64,000 nucleotides of DNA. Source: a virus. The translations under genes and the position numbers were made by a program. Every line of letters begins with the position of its first letter. The first letter of the stretch is position 1. Below the pieces are notes generated by a model. The model saw only the letters and a program-made list of their open reading frames with translations. It searched no databases and was not told where the DNA came from. Below are positions 1-9,487 of this stretch, piece by piece. The DNA lies in IMG/VR virus record IMGVR_UViG_3300034198_024209, positions 1 through 64,000 of that record; one strand, given 5' to 3'.

Positions 1-420
1 TTGGAAACGGATCCAGAAGATAGAATAAAAGGCACAGTAAAAAGAGAATTAAGGCACGAGCTAAGAGAATATTCAAACAAATGCTCTGAGTTAGCGAAGG
101 AGTATAATGTTGCGTTCTGGGCTACAACGCAATCTAACGCAAGTGGAGACAATAACAGAAGTATTAGAATGACTAATGCTTCCGAGGGGTTTGGCAAGTC
201 TCACAGGTGCTCAGTATTCCTAGGTATAGGAGCGACTGACGCTGACAGAGAAACTGGAAGGCTTACAGTTAAGGCAGGAAAGATGCGAGATGGTCGAATA
301 TTTGAAACTCAAATACAGGCTAGGCTCGATAAACAAACTTTTGAAGACGTGCCGCCAGACCTAGATTTTGCTCCTCCAGAGGCTGCTAACTTTACCCCAA
401 TAAACCAAAGAGGTGTATAA
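1..420 (+). CDS. Replicative DnaB/gp41-like helicase, C-terminal part (5' truncated)
   Basis: ELAKEYNVAFWATTQSN and KMRDG resemble SF4 helicase motifs; directly upstream of primase. Confidence 0.8.
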   Translation: METDPEDRIKGTVKRELRHELREYSNKCSELAKEYNVAFWATTQSNASGDNNRSIRMTNASEGFGKSHRCSVFLGIGATDADRETGRLTVKAGKMRDGRIFETQIQARLDKQTFEDVPPDLDFAPPEAANFTPINQRGV

Positions 421-425
421 TATAA

Positions 426-1469
426 ATGTTAATAGACAAAGAACAAGTTATAAAAGAGTTCCCAGAAGCTAAAATATCAAATTCTAGTGGGCACATAGAG
501 TATGTTGTTCATTGCAGAAAATTCCACAAAAAGGGCGGTAAATATAAACTATCTATAAATTCAGAAACGGGCGCATTCATGTGCAATGATTGCGGCTGGA
601 AAGGTAATGCACTTCAAGAATTCTTCGATGAAGGATCTCAATTTTTTGCTGGTATGAAAATATACCGAAAAATTGATGTCGCTGAGTCTACTAGCTCTTT
701 TAGGTCATACAACCACATAGAATGGAAAGACGGTATCCCATCTCCAGGCAAATTAAAGTCTATATCGTCTCTAGACTTAAAACATCCAGCTATAAATTAC
801 CTCAAAAACAGAGGCGTTACAGACAAAGATTATGAAGTTTATGATATAAAATATTGTAGTCATGGCTATTATAATTTTTGTTCAAGAATGGGAACAACTT
901 CTGGCAGGATCGTTTTCCCTATATACATGTCAAACAAGTTGGTGGGCTGGCAAGCGAGACAGATAGAGAGAAACGATCCAGATAGAGAAATCTGGCACGG
1001 AGATGAAATGGGTTGGTGGAAACCCAAAAAAATAAAATTATCTGATGGGAAAATCACATACAGTGATTATGAGGTACCTAAGTATTACACATGCCCAGGA
1101 ATGCACAGATCAAGATCTTTATTAAATTTTGATTATGCAATAAAGGATAGTGACCTGGTTGTTGTAGTTGAGGGTCCAATAGACTGTATAAAAGTTGGTG
1201 AGAGAGCAGTAGCCACATTCGGCAAGAAGATAACCAAAGATCAAATACGTATATTAAAATCTAATTGGTCTAAGGTATTGATGATACTAGATGAAGAAGT
1301 AGATACTAGTGAACCCTGGTTTAAGGAGCTTGAAAATTCTTTTGATGGGGTTTATTTTGTATGGATGAAGTTATCCAATTTTGAAGATCCTGGCTCTGCC
1401 TCAAGAGAAGAGATATGGAAACAAATTAAACAAAATACTGAAAATGACTACGGTGCAAAAATATCCTGA
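426..1469 (+). CDS. DNA primase (Zn-binding + TOPRIM)
   Basis: N-terminal C/H...CNDC Zn site; RIVFPI..GWQAR; VVVEGPID and ILDEE TOPRIM motifs. Confidence 0.85.
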   Translation: MLIDKEQVIKEFPEAKISNSSGHIEYVVHCRKFHKKGGKYKLSINSETGAFMCNDCGWKGNALQEFFDEGSQFFAGMKIYRKIDVAESTSSFRSYNHIEWKDGIPSPGKLKSISSLDLKHPAINYLKNRGVTDKDYEVYDIKYCSHGYYNFCSRMGTTSGRIVFPIYMSNKLVGWQARQIERNDPDREIWHGDEMGWWKPKKIKLSDGKITYSDYEVPKYYTCPGMHRSRSLLNFDYAIKDSDLVVVVEGPIDCIKVGERAVATFGKKITKDQIRILKSNWSKVLMILDEEVDTSEPWFKELENSFDGVYFVWMKLSNFEDPGSASREEIWKQIKQNTENDYGAKIS

Positions 1470-1695
1470 CGACATTGAGAATATTATTTACGAAATACTA
1501 GCAGAAGCCTCAGATGGGTCTGAAGGAATGAGTATTTCTGATATTTTCCAGGTCATAATACAGACAAGAAAGATAGATATTAAACCTGAAGTAATTTATC
1601 AATTTATGCAGAGAATGTGTAAAGAAGGTATGGCCGAAAAGATAAATGAAAATCTGTACAAAGGGATTAAATTTGATCCCGAGTTCCCCATTTAA
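1444..1695 (+). CDS. Small winged-helix-like protein
   Basis: MSISDIFQ...PEVIYQFMQRMCKEGMAEK fits a wHTH pattern; ATG 1444 preferred over TTG 1381. Confidence 0.5.
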   Translation: MTTVQKYPDDIENIIYEILAEASDGSEGMSISDIFQVIIQTRKIDIKPEVIYQFMQRMCKEGMAEKINENLYKGIKFDPEFPI

Positions 1696-1700
1696 AGAAT

Positions 1701-2014
1701 AAATAAATTTTTGGCTTTTGATGGCAGATTGCCATCTTTTAAAATGCCTATGGCAGTTCGACGCTCGCAGATAGCAGGTGTCGCTAGATTCTTCAGGATC
1801 TGCTCGCTAACCCAGGATTACCGGTGGGGGGTCGTGAAAGCAACTCCCCCTCCAACAGGTAATCCTGGGTGCGCTTCGCTATCCTGAAGTATCGACCTCC
1901 ACCGCGAGGGGAGGAAACGTCGCTGAACCATCCCGGCACGGCAGCCGGGCTACCCAAGCGTAGCCTGGCTGCCATCACCGGGCAGGTTCAGGACTCTTTC
2001 GCAAAAATTTATTT
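1701..2014 (+). ncRNA. Structured ncRNA unit 1 (retron msr-msd-like)
   Basis: 13-bp terminal IR AAATAAATTTTTG/CAAAAATTTATTT; GGCTTT; hairpins GATGGCA-GAT-TGCCATC and TGCC-TAT-GGCA; long hairpins 1791-1889 and 1923-1991. Confidence 0.7.
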
Positions 2015-2024
2015 CAAGTATAAA

Positions 2025-2514
2025 AAGTTCTGGCTTTAGACAGAAGATTTCTGTCATTTAATGATGTCACTTAGATGACACACAGCGCCACAGCCCGATA
2101 ACCCGCCAAGGAGGCCAGTTACTACGTAACTGTCATACCTTGGGCGGGTCTCGGCGCGTGACGTTGTAACTGGTGGGCCATCCACGCTTGCAATCATGTG
2201 CCATACGGGCCCCCTCAGGGTATCTCTCGTGCACAGGGCTGTCACGCTCCACCCCCGTGGGGCACGGGGGTGTGAACGTGCCGCCCAGCAGGTGCCGAGA
2301 GATGCCCAGAGGAGCCCGCTAGCACATGACGCAGCGTGGATGCGCGCCCGACCACCGTACCCTGGCAAGGGACCCCTGGAGGTGTCCACCCGGTAACGAC
2401 GTTGTGCGCTACGCCACAAAGCGTCGTCAACCGGGTTTCACCTCCAGGGTCCCGCTGCAGGGTCACGGTGTCCGGACAACCAGTACCAACTCTTACGAGT
2501 TTTACGCAGAACTT
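2025..2514 (+). ncRNA. Structured ncRNA unit 2 (retron msr-msd-like)
   Basis: Terminal IR AAGTTCTG/CAGAACTT; GGCTTT; hairpins GACAGAA-GAT-TTCTGTC and TGTCA-CTTAGA-TGACA; three long hairpins at about 2081-2167, 2175-2349 and 2351-2471. Confidence 0.7.
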
Positions 2515-2530
2515 ACATAAAAATTATAAT

Positions 2531-2890
2531 AAAATTTCTGGCTTTTGTTGCACGGTTGTGCAACTTTTTTTCATTGCGACTTAGTCAATGTATGGCCCAC
2601 ACTGCGGCGTCAGACGTCTTTCGAGCTTGTATTCCAAGCAGGTTTACACTAACCACACGGTGGTTACTGTAATACCTGTCAAGGAATACTCGACAGGACT
2701 TGGACGCCAGTAAGTGTGGGCCGTTTTAGGGAACCCGTCGCCGGCCCAGCTACGAGACCGAGTCCCGGCTTACATGCGTTCAGCAGGCGGACGACCAAAG
2801 GTCGTCTCCGCCTGCTTTCACGTCATTGTAAAGCCGGACTTCGTCTCGTGCTCAGGTCCGGCAACTCGGTTCCTATCACGCAGAAATTTT
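2531..2890 (+). ncRNA. Structured ncRNA unit 3 (retron msr-msd-like)
   Basis: Terminal IR AAAATTTCTG/CAGAAATTTT; GGCTTT; hairpins GTTGCAC-GGTT-GTGCAAC and CATTG(C)GAC-TTA-GTCAATG; long hairpins at about 2592-2724 and 2727-2876. Confidence 0.7.
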
Positions 2891-2894
2891 TAAA

Positions 2895-3749
2895 ATGAAT
2901 AATCCAACAAAATTAAACATACTACCGCTTCATACTCATACTACATATAGCCTTATGGATGGAGTATCTGACATAGATCAGTATATAAAATATTGCAAAC
3001 AAAACAATATTGATGCATGTAGTTGTACTGACCATGGATACGTATTAGGTTTATACGACTTAATAACAAAAACTAAAGACGCTGGGATAAAAGGCATTCC
3101 TGGTATTGAAATTTATTTAGCCCCACATACAGAATATGCTTACAATGAAAATTTAAAGAAATTTGATTACTTTCATTTAACCCTCTGGGCGGCAAACAAA
3201 GTCGGATACGACAATTTACTTTCAATATCTAATTGCTCATGGGGTCACGGGAGGGTTGTTAAAAAATTTGGACAACCCAAACCGAGAGCAGCATGGGAAG
3301 ATCTTGAAAATTATAGAGAAGGAATAATATGTGGGACTGGATGCATAGAGGGGCCAATAGTTAAGCCATTCCTCAGAATGGAAAAAGATATGGCCACTTA
3401 CAATGCATGCAGGTTGATAGATATTTTTGGAGACAAATTATTTGCAGAAGTAATGCCACACTCCGTTGACAGAGACTGGACAGTTAAAAATGTTTACCAA
3501 GTTGACAATGAAAACGGGATAACGTATACATTCTCTGGCTCAGATATAATAGAAACTGAAATTGGTTCAATCACGGTAAAAGAAGCATTTGAGAAAAAAG
3601 TTTCTCAAATTTATTCAGCCATTACAAATAGACCGCAAGATATGCCGTTATCAGATAGAATAATTACTATTCAGGATGAATCCGTTGAAGCAGAGGATGA
3701 ACAATATAAATGTCAAAAAATAATGCCAAGAAAAATAGTAATAGATTAA
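2895..3749 (+). CDS. dnaE: DNA polymerase III alpha, N-terminal fragment (PHP domain, first part)
   Basis: LHTHTTYSLMDG, TDHG, GIEIY, HLTLWA PHP motifs; about 90-aa non-PHP tail. Confidence 0.9.
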   Translation: MNNPTKLNILPLHTHTTYSLMDGVSDIDQYIKYCKQNNIDACSCTDHGYVLGLYDLITKTKDAGIKGIPGIEIYLAPHTEYAYNENLKKFDYFHLTLWAANKVGYDNLLSISNCSWGHGRVVKKFGQPKPRAAWEDLENYREGIICGTGCIEGPIVKPFLRMEKDMATYNACRLIDIFGDKLFAEVMPHSVDRDWTVKNVYQVDNENGITYTFSGSDIIETEIGSITVKEAFEKKVSQIYSAITNRPQDMPLSDRIITIQDESVEAEDEQYKCQKIMPRKIVID

Positions 3750-3774
3750 GTATTCGTATAAAATTTATAGACAT

Positions 3775-6534
3775 ATGAGAGTTAAACAATCGACATGGAG
3801 ATCAACAAATTCTCCGATATTCCTGAGAAAAGAATGCACCGAAGCTGCACCAAGCGGTGATTTTCAAAAGTCGGGAAATGAATTAATTATGAAAATAGCT
3901 AGGGCCCACAATATTCCAATATTGTTGACGCTTGACGCTCATTTTGTAAATAAAGATCAAAAAATGGTGCAAGATCTTTTATTGCAAAACGGAAGAGACG
4001 AAGATAGCGGACTTAGGTTTAGCACAAAATACTATCAGATGAATTCCGACCAGGCATGGGAAAAATGGATAACTCTTCATGGTACTAATTTTGCGAGCCA
4101 CTTCCAGGAGGGTGTAGAAAGCAATCACGCCATTGCAGATATGTGTGAGCAAATACACCTGGAGAAAAAATATCATTTGCCGGAAGTATCATTTCCTAAA
4201 GAAATTGTAGATATTTCTAGTTCTCATGAAGATAAATTAAAAAATTTAATTTATTGTCTGATTGATAGCAACGGGAGAATGAATGAAACTGAAGAATACA
4301 GAAATAGACTTAACAAAGAAATACAAGTTATTTCAGATAACGGTAAAATAAACCTATTGCCATATTTTCTATCTCTTTATGAGATATGTGAACAAGCCAG
4401 GCAATTAGGAATATGGATAGGGGCAGGAAGAGGTAGTGCTGGTGGATGCTTATTGGCTTACTTACTTAAAATTACTCATATCGATCCAGTAAAATACAAC
4501 TTATCATTTGAGAGGTTCCTATCTTCTGGTCGAATAAACAGGGGTAAACTTCCTGATATAGATATAGACTTTAGCGAACCAGACAAAATAGCTGAAGCCC
4601 TTAAATCTAAGCACGGCGACAAATTTGTAAGAATTTGTACAACCGGAACAAATAAAGTGAAGAGCGCCATTAGGGACGTAAGTAGAGTGATCCTAGACAC
4701 CAAATTTAATGAAAACAATAAATTAATGGTGGATAAGGTTTGCAAAACCATAAATAATGTTCCACAGGGTTTTAGTGATCTTTTAAAGTGGTTGCATGGC
4801 TGGGATGATGAAGAAGGTCATCACGCTGGAGAACTGGAAATAAATAAAACATTATATAATTTTTTCGATGAACATCCATCTGTTCAATCTTTGGTGGAGC
4901 AAATTATTGGCATTCCAAAATCACTTGGTCGTCATGCTAGTGCTTACTGCCTATCTGATGTTCCAATAAATGAAATTGTTCCAGTGTGTAGAATAGGAGA
5001 AGAGGAGTGCACTCAATTTACCATGGAAGCAGTAGAATCCATGGGTCTAATAAAATTTGATCTACTCGGGTTAAATACATTAAAAGATATTGGTAATTGT
5101 GTACAACTAATTAAAGAAAGACACAGTAAAGAAATTGACATTTACAATATCCCAGAAGAATCAATTGTTTTTAAAGAGTTCTGTAAAGGAAAGACGGAAA
5201 CAATATTTCAGTTTAATGGCCCGATTCCTACTAAAGTCTGTAGACAAATAAAGCCTAAAAGCATAATTGACTTAGCTGCAATTACAGCTGCTTGCAGACC
5301 AGGTACAATGTATGCATTGATGTATGATGAACAAGATGATGAAACTACAACTCTTATAGATTTATGGGTGAAAAGAAGGCAGGGAAAGAAAGAAGTTTCT
5401 TACCTGCACGAAGACCTTAAAGATATATTATCCAATACACATGGTATTGTATTGTTTCAGGAGCAGATATCTGCGATGTTTCAAAAATCTTGTCAATATT
5501 CCCCCGAACAGGCAGACGAAATTCGAGAAATCATAGGAAAAAAGAAATTAGACAAAATGAATGAAATTCTTCCAGATATCAGGAAGAGACTTCAGGACAG
5601 AGGCTGGGACGCAACTCAAGTGTCAGCTTTTGTGAGTTTATGTAGGTCTAGTAGTAATTATGCATTTAATCTAAGTCATAGCGTTGCTTATTCGTATATG
5701 GCATATGTTTGTATGTGGTTAAAATCACACTATCCTCTTGAGTGGTGGACAGCTATTCTGCAAAATTCAAATCACGAAGATCTTGCCGAAAATGCTAAGT
5801 ACTTCTCTGAAATAGTAAAATTACCAGACGTCAACATTAGTCAGGTTGATTTTTACATTATAGATGATTCTGACAAAAAAATCGTATATCCTTTGACCAT
5901 GGTAAAAGGAGTTAAAAATGCTTCACAGGAAGTATTTGAAAAGGCTCCATACTCTAGCCTAAAAGATTTTTTTGACAAAATTGACAAAAAGATAGTAAAC
6001 AAACGAGTTGTTAGTGCATTGATATTTGCTGGAGCTCTAGATAAATTAGCTACAATAAAATCAAAAGACAAAACAGAAACTAGAAACAACCTAATCCATG
6101 AGTATAATTTACTCAGAGGAGAGAAAACTAGTAAATTATTGTCTAAAGGAGAAATTGATATACTAGAGAGCAAGAGCTTATGTATAGGCAGCCCTGATGT
6201 TGTAGATTATTTCTTAAGCAAGGGAATGCATTCGTGCATAGGAATTCCAGAGGTAATGTTGACACACGAAGGGTACACAATTAAAACAGCTGGAATAATA
6301 TTGGCGATTAAAAAAATAAAAACCAAAAAAGGCCAAGACATGTGTTTCATTGATATTGGCAATAAAGAATTTCAGATTAGTGTTACATGCTTTCCTGAAA
6401 GATACGAGCAGATAAAAGATGATATCAACGTAGATAAAGTGGTTTTAGTAACAGGCAAAATTAATGTTTATAATGATAGAAAATCAATTGTAGCTGACTC
6501 AATCAAAGTATTTAATATTGATGAAATAAACTAA
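3775..6534 (+). CDS. dnaE: DNA polymerase III alpha, C-terminal fragment (rest of PHP, catalytic core, OB fold)
   Basis: DAHF, GRGSAGG, FERFL, PDIDIDF, KFDLLGL, YAFNLSH. Confidence 0.95.
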   Translation: MRVKQSTWRSTNSPIFLRKECTEAAPSGDFQKSGNELIMKIARAHNIPILLTLDAHFVNKDQKMVQDLLLQNGRDEDSGLRFSTKYYQMNSDQAWEKWITLHGTNFASHFQEGVESNHAIADMCEQIHLEKKYHLPEVSFPKEIVDISSSHEDKLKNLIYCLIDSNGRMNETEEYRNRLNKEIQVISDNGKINLLPYFLSLYEICEQARQLGIWIGAGRGSAGGCLLAYLLKITHIDPVKYNLSFERFLSSGRINRGKLPDIDIDFSEPDKIAEALKSKHGDKFVRICTTGTNKVKSAIRDVSRVILDTKFNENNKLMVDKVCKTINNVPQGFSDLLKWLHGWDDEEGHHAGELEINKTLYNFFDEHPSVQSLVEQIIGIPKSLGRHASAYCLSDVPINEIVPVCRIGEEECTQFTMEAVESMGLIKFDLLGLNTLKDIGNCVQLIKERHSKEIDIYNIPEESIVFKEFCKGKTETIFQFNGPIPTKVCRQIKPKSIIDLAAITAACRPGTMYALMYDEQDDETTTLIDLWVKRRQGKKEVSYLHEDLKDILSNTHGIVLFQEQISAMFQKSCQYSPEQADEIREIIGKKKLDKMNEILPDIRKRLQDRGWDATQVSAFVSLCRSSSNYAFNLSHSVAYSYMAYVCMWLKSHYPLEWWTAILQNSNHEDLAENAKYFSEIVKLPDVNISQVDFYIIDDSDKKIVYPLTMVKGVKNASQEVFEKAPYSSLKDFFDKIDKKIVNKRVVSALIFAGALDKLATIKSKDKTETRNNLIHEYNLLRGEKTSKLLSKGEIDILESKSLCIGSPDVVDYFLSKGMHSCIGIPEVMLTHEGYTIKTAGIILAIKKIKTKKGQDMCFIDIGNKEFQISVTCFPERYEQIKDDINVDKVVLVTGKINVYNDRKSIVADSIKVFNIDEIN

Positions 6535-6567
6535 TGACAACAACAAAAACAACAAAAAAATGAATTA

Positions 6568-6744
6568 ATGAAATTACCACAAAACATAGAAGAAAATATC
6601 ACTATATATTTAGAGGCTGCGCGTGTCGCAATGGCAGATGCAGACATATTCGATCATATAGCTGAACAGCTAGACATTTCAGACGAAGAACTTATTTGGC
6701 TTCGTGAGGACCTGCAAAAATATTTGGGCTCCCACGAAGACTAA
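6568..6744 (+). CDS. Hypothetical 58-aa acidic protein
   Basis: Hand-translated MKLPQNIEENITIYLEAARVAMAD...; fills the intergenic gap. Confidence 0.55.
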   Translation: MKLPQNIEENITIYLEAARVAMADADIFDHIAEQLDISDEELIWLREDLQKYLGSHED

Positions 6745-6787
6745 TTTTATTTAGCAAATCAAAAAAACAACAAACAAAAATAAAAAT

Positions 6788-8038
6788 ATGGCACTAGGAA
6801 TAAACGAAACAATTGAAAGCGAAACAAAAACATCAAAACACTTAGTTTACAGAGAAGGAGTAAGAGTTCAGTACACTAAAAAAGATAAAAATATAACAGC
6901 ATGTATCTTGCCTGCTATTGCAGACATAAAAGATAAATCTAGTTATCTTTCGTATAGGCAAGAAGATGACCCACAAATGTTTACAAAATGGGCAGTTGGT
7001 CTAAAATTTCATCCTTTTGTAAACAAGGATCAAAATATTATTAGTCCTACTTCATTTGACCACACAGCTTATGACCCGATTGACGAATTTATTAGGGTCA
7101 CTAAAGCTGACCCAGAATATTGCGAATTAGCTGGATTTGGACCAGATGGAAAAAGAATGCCAAATGCATATAAAAATCCAGACGTTAGGCTTAGTACTAA
7201 ATGGTCTGGATATGTTGTCAATTCAATCATCCTGTATGATCGCGATCAAGATTCTGAAAAGTCAATTCTACTTCAAATCCCTAATACAGCATTTAGACGC
7301 GCTGGTTCTGCAAAAGACGGTGGGCAGCAATGGGGATTATTGTCGGAGTTAAACAGAAAAAACAGAAAAGCTGACTCTGGATCAGTGGATGATTATTATT
7401 GGGGAGACATTACAGATCCAAAGGCTCTTATTCCGTGTAGTCTAAAATTGACCCCAAATCCAGCGGGTGGAATCGCTATATACAATATGGTTCCAATTGA
7501 TGATGAAGACCCAGTAAAAATCTCTAGAGCAACACTTGAGAGTAGGTATGATCTTGATAATATTTTCTATGAGATCACAGAAGGTGAGATGATAGATAGA
7601 ATGATCTACTATTTTTCAGATGTACCAAATCTCCTTAAAAGAGCTTACGCCTCAAGAGTTCCAAATATTGATAGACTCATTACAAATGCTAAAGCTACTA
7701 GAGTTACCATAAATGATGAGGATGGCGATAGTGATGCTATTGAGGAATCATTTATTGTGTCTAGTAAGAAAGTTAATGTTGCTGGGACAAAAACACCTTC
7801 AAAGCTTGATGATGATAGTGAAGAGCTTGTGAGTGTGGACTCCAGAAGTTTTGCACCCGAAGAGGATGATCTTCCAGCTCCATCAAAAAAATCTAAAAAT
7901 ATAGAAGTTGACGAAAACGAAGACGACGATATAGACATACCTGAAGACAAAGAAATATCGGTGCCCACAAGAAAAGCGCCAAAAAGTTCTTCAGCATCAC
8001 AATCAAAAAAAGTAAGCATTAGGGATCTAATGGATTAA
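6788..8038 (+). CDS. Probable gp32-like ssDNA-binding protein
   Basis: Lies between polymerase and RecA; GDITDP motif; long acidic disordered C-tail. Confidence 0.55.
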   Translation: MALGINETIESETKTSKHLVYREGVRVQYTKKDKNITACILPAIADIKDKSSYLSYRQEDDPQMFTKWAVGLKFHPFVNKDQNIISPTSFDHTAYDPIDEFIRVTKADPEYCELAGFGPDGKRMPNAYKNPDVRLSTKWSGYVVNSIILYDRDQDSEKSILLQIPNTAFRRAGSAKDGGQQWGLLSELNRKNRKADSGSVDDYYWGDITDPKALIPCSLKLTPNPAGGIAIYNMVPIDDEDPVKISRATLESRYDLDNIFYEITEGEMIDRMIYYFSDVPNLLKRAYASRVPNIDRLITNAKATRVTINDEDGDSDAIEESFIVSSKKVNVAGTKTPSKLDDDSEELVSVDSRSFAPEEDDLPAPSKKSKNIEVDENEDDDIDIPEDKEISVPTRKAPKSSSASQSKKVSIRDLMD

Positions 8039-8050
8039 TTTAAAATCAAA

Positions 8051-8081
8051 ATGCGCCATAGCCCCCACTATGGCGTATTTT
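8051..8081 (+). terminator. Intrinsic terminator
   Basis: ATGCGCCATAG/CTATGGCGTAT stem followed by T-tract. Confidence 0.6.
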
Positions 8082-8122
8082 CTTAAACTTTTGCACAAAC
8101 ATAACACAATAAATTATTTAAA

Positions 8123-9487
8123 ATGCCAAGACCGAAAAAAATAAAAACAGAAGAGTTAGCATTACTTAATCCACTTGATCAATATTTTGTAGAATCCGCA
8201 AGCTCGATTGAAGAAAAATACGGGCTAGACAGGGTTAGCTCTGCACTAGAAGAGGACGCAAATCTAAAGTATTTAGAGGTTCCAGATCTAGGACTACAAT
8301 GGAGTCTTGGAAGAAAGGGATTTGCTTTAGGTAGAGTTATGCAAGTAATGGGATCAGAAGGATCTAGTAAAACTAGCTTTGCATTATGGGTTGCAAATAT
8401 TTGCATGAAGTCTGGAGGGATTGCAGCTATGGTCGAGACTGAAATGGCTTCATCCACCAGGCACATGAAAAACTATCTAAATAGTCCAGAAAAATTTAGG
8501 ATTTTTCATGCTGATACAATTGAGGATGGGCTTAAGATGACCATTGATCAATTAAATTTGTTCCTTCGTATAGACCCACATGGAGCAATACCCAAAGTTT
8601 TAATTTTTGACAGCATTGCTGGATCTTCTGAGGCAAGAACACAAAATGATGAAGAAAATTTTGTTCAAGCCAGAGTCGGTGGATCAGCTAAAGTAATCAA
8701 AGATGCTACAAACTTAATTAAATGTAAATTAAAAGAAACAAATACGCTGTGGATAGTTTTAAACCAGGGCAGAGAAATAATTCAAACTGGTTTTGGCGGA
8801 GGCTTAATTCCAGATATAGACAAAATGATTGGTTCAGGCGGGAAGGCCATCCCATTTGCAGCGACATATTGGCTTATCTTAAAAAGGCATGCTGCAACAA
8901 AAGAAGATGGGGCAACGTCTGGTTTTAAGGTTAAGGGCGTATTCAAAAAGAATAAACTAGCTGAACCGGGCAGAGTTTTTTACTTCAATGTAAAGTGGGG
9001 TGAATCCTTTGACTTTGTTGAATCCACGACAAACCTTTTGGCTGCCGCACTACCTCTTCAAGAAAAAACCGACACCGACGAGCCAGTCCAAAAGGGCGGC
9101 ATACTCGGATTACAAGCAGCTAAAGGTGGGACGTTTTTTAGCGAAGAGTTAGACATAGACAGAACAGAGGCAATGAAAGCTGAAGAGATCTATAAATTGG
9201 CTCATAGCGAAGAATATTACAAAAGATGCCAACAAGAATTGGGCGTGCCTATTGAAGACAAAGTAGCTACTTTTAATTATGAAGCTGCATTAAATGAAAA
9301 AAGCAAAAAATTAAAGAAAACAGATGAAACAAGACTCAGCAATGTACTCGCCCCATCGGGAATACCTTCACCAAGCGGACCAAATGATGGGGGACAACAA
9401 GATGATGAAATTGAGGAGGAAAGCAGCAACAATAATTTCGTCCAAAATGAAACTGGGGATACCACCGAAAAGTCTAGCGAACAGTGA
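8123..9487 (+). CDS. recA: RecA/UvsX-like recombinase
   Basis: Walker A GSEGSSKT, IFDSIA Walker B, LNQ, GGKAIPF, KNKLAEP. Confidence 0.9.
   Translation: MPRPKKIKTEELALLNPLDQYFVESASSIEEKYGLDRVSSALEEDANLKYLEVPDLGLQWSLGRKGFALGRVMQVMGSEGSSKTSFALWVANICMKSGGIAAMVETEMASSTRHMKNYLNSPEKFRIFHADTIEDGLKMTIDQLNLFLRIDPHGAIPKVLIFDSIAGSSEARTQNDEENFVQARVGGSAKVIKDATNLIKCKLKETNTLWIVLNQGREIIQTGFGGGLIPDIDKMIGSGGKAIPFAATYWLILKRHAATKEDGATSGFKVKGVFKKNKLAEPGRVFYFNVKWGESFDFVESTTNLLAAALPLQEKTDTDEPVQKGGILGLQAAKGGTFFSEELDIDRTEAMKAEEIYKLAHSEEYYKRCQQELGVPIEDKVATFNYEAALNEKSKKLKKTDETRLSNVLAPSGIPSPSGPNDGGQQDDEIEEESSNNNFVQNETGDTTEKSSEQ

Noticed and set aside
2852-2862. TCAGGTCCGG resembling SRP RNA helix 8
   Set aside because: Not followed by AAGGAAGCAG, paired within a long stem, and absent from the other units.
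1701-2890. CRISPR array, group I/II intron or IS element
   Set aside because: No identical direct repeats with short spacers, no intron core or domain V motif recognised, no transposase, and the flanking genes are not interrupted.
1793-2898. Short ORFs on both strands in the GC-rich block
   Set aside because: Overlapping, Arg/Pro/Gly-rich, unlike the genome's codon style, and better explained by GC-rich hairpins lacking stops.
3470-3840. Functional split intein in DnaE
   Set aside because: No N-terminal nucleophile, TxxH or C-terminal HN+C/S/T; kept only as a possible degenerate remnant.
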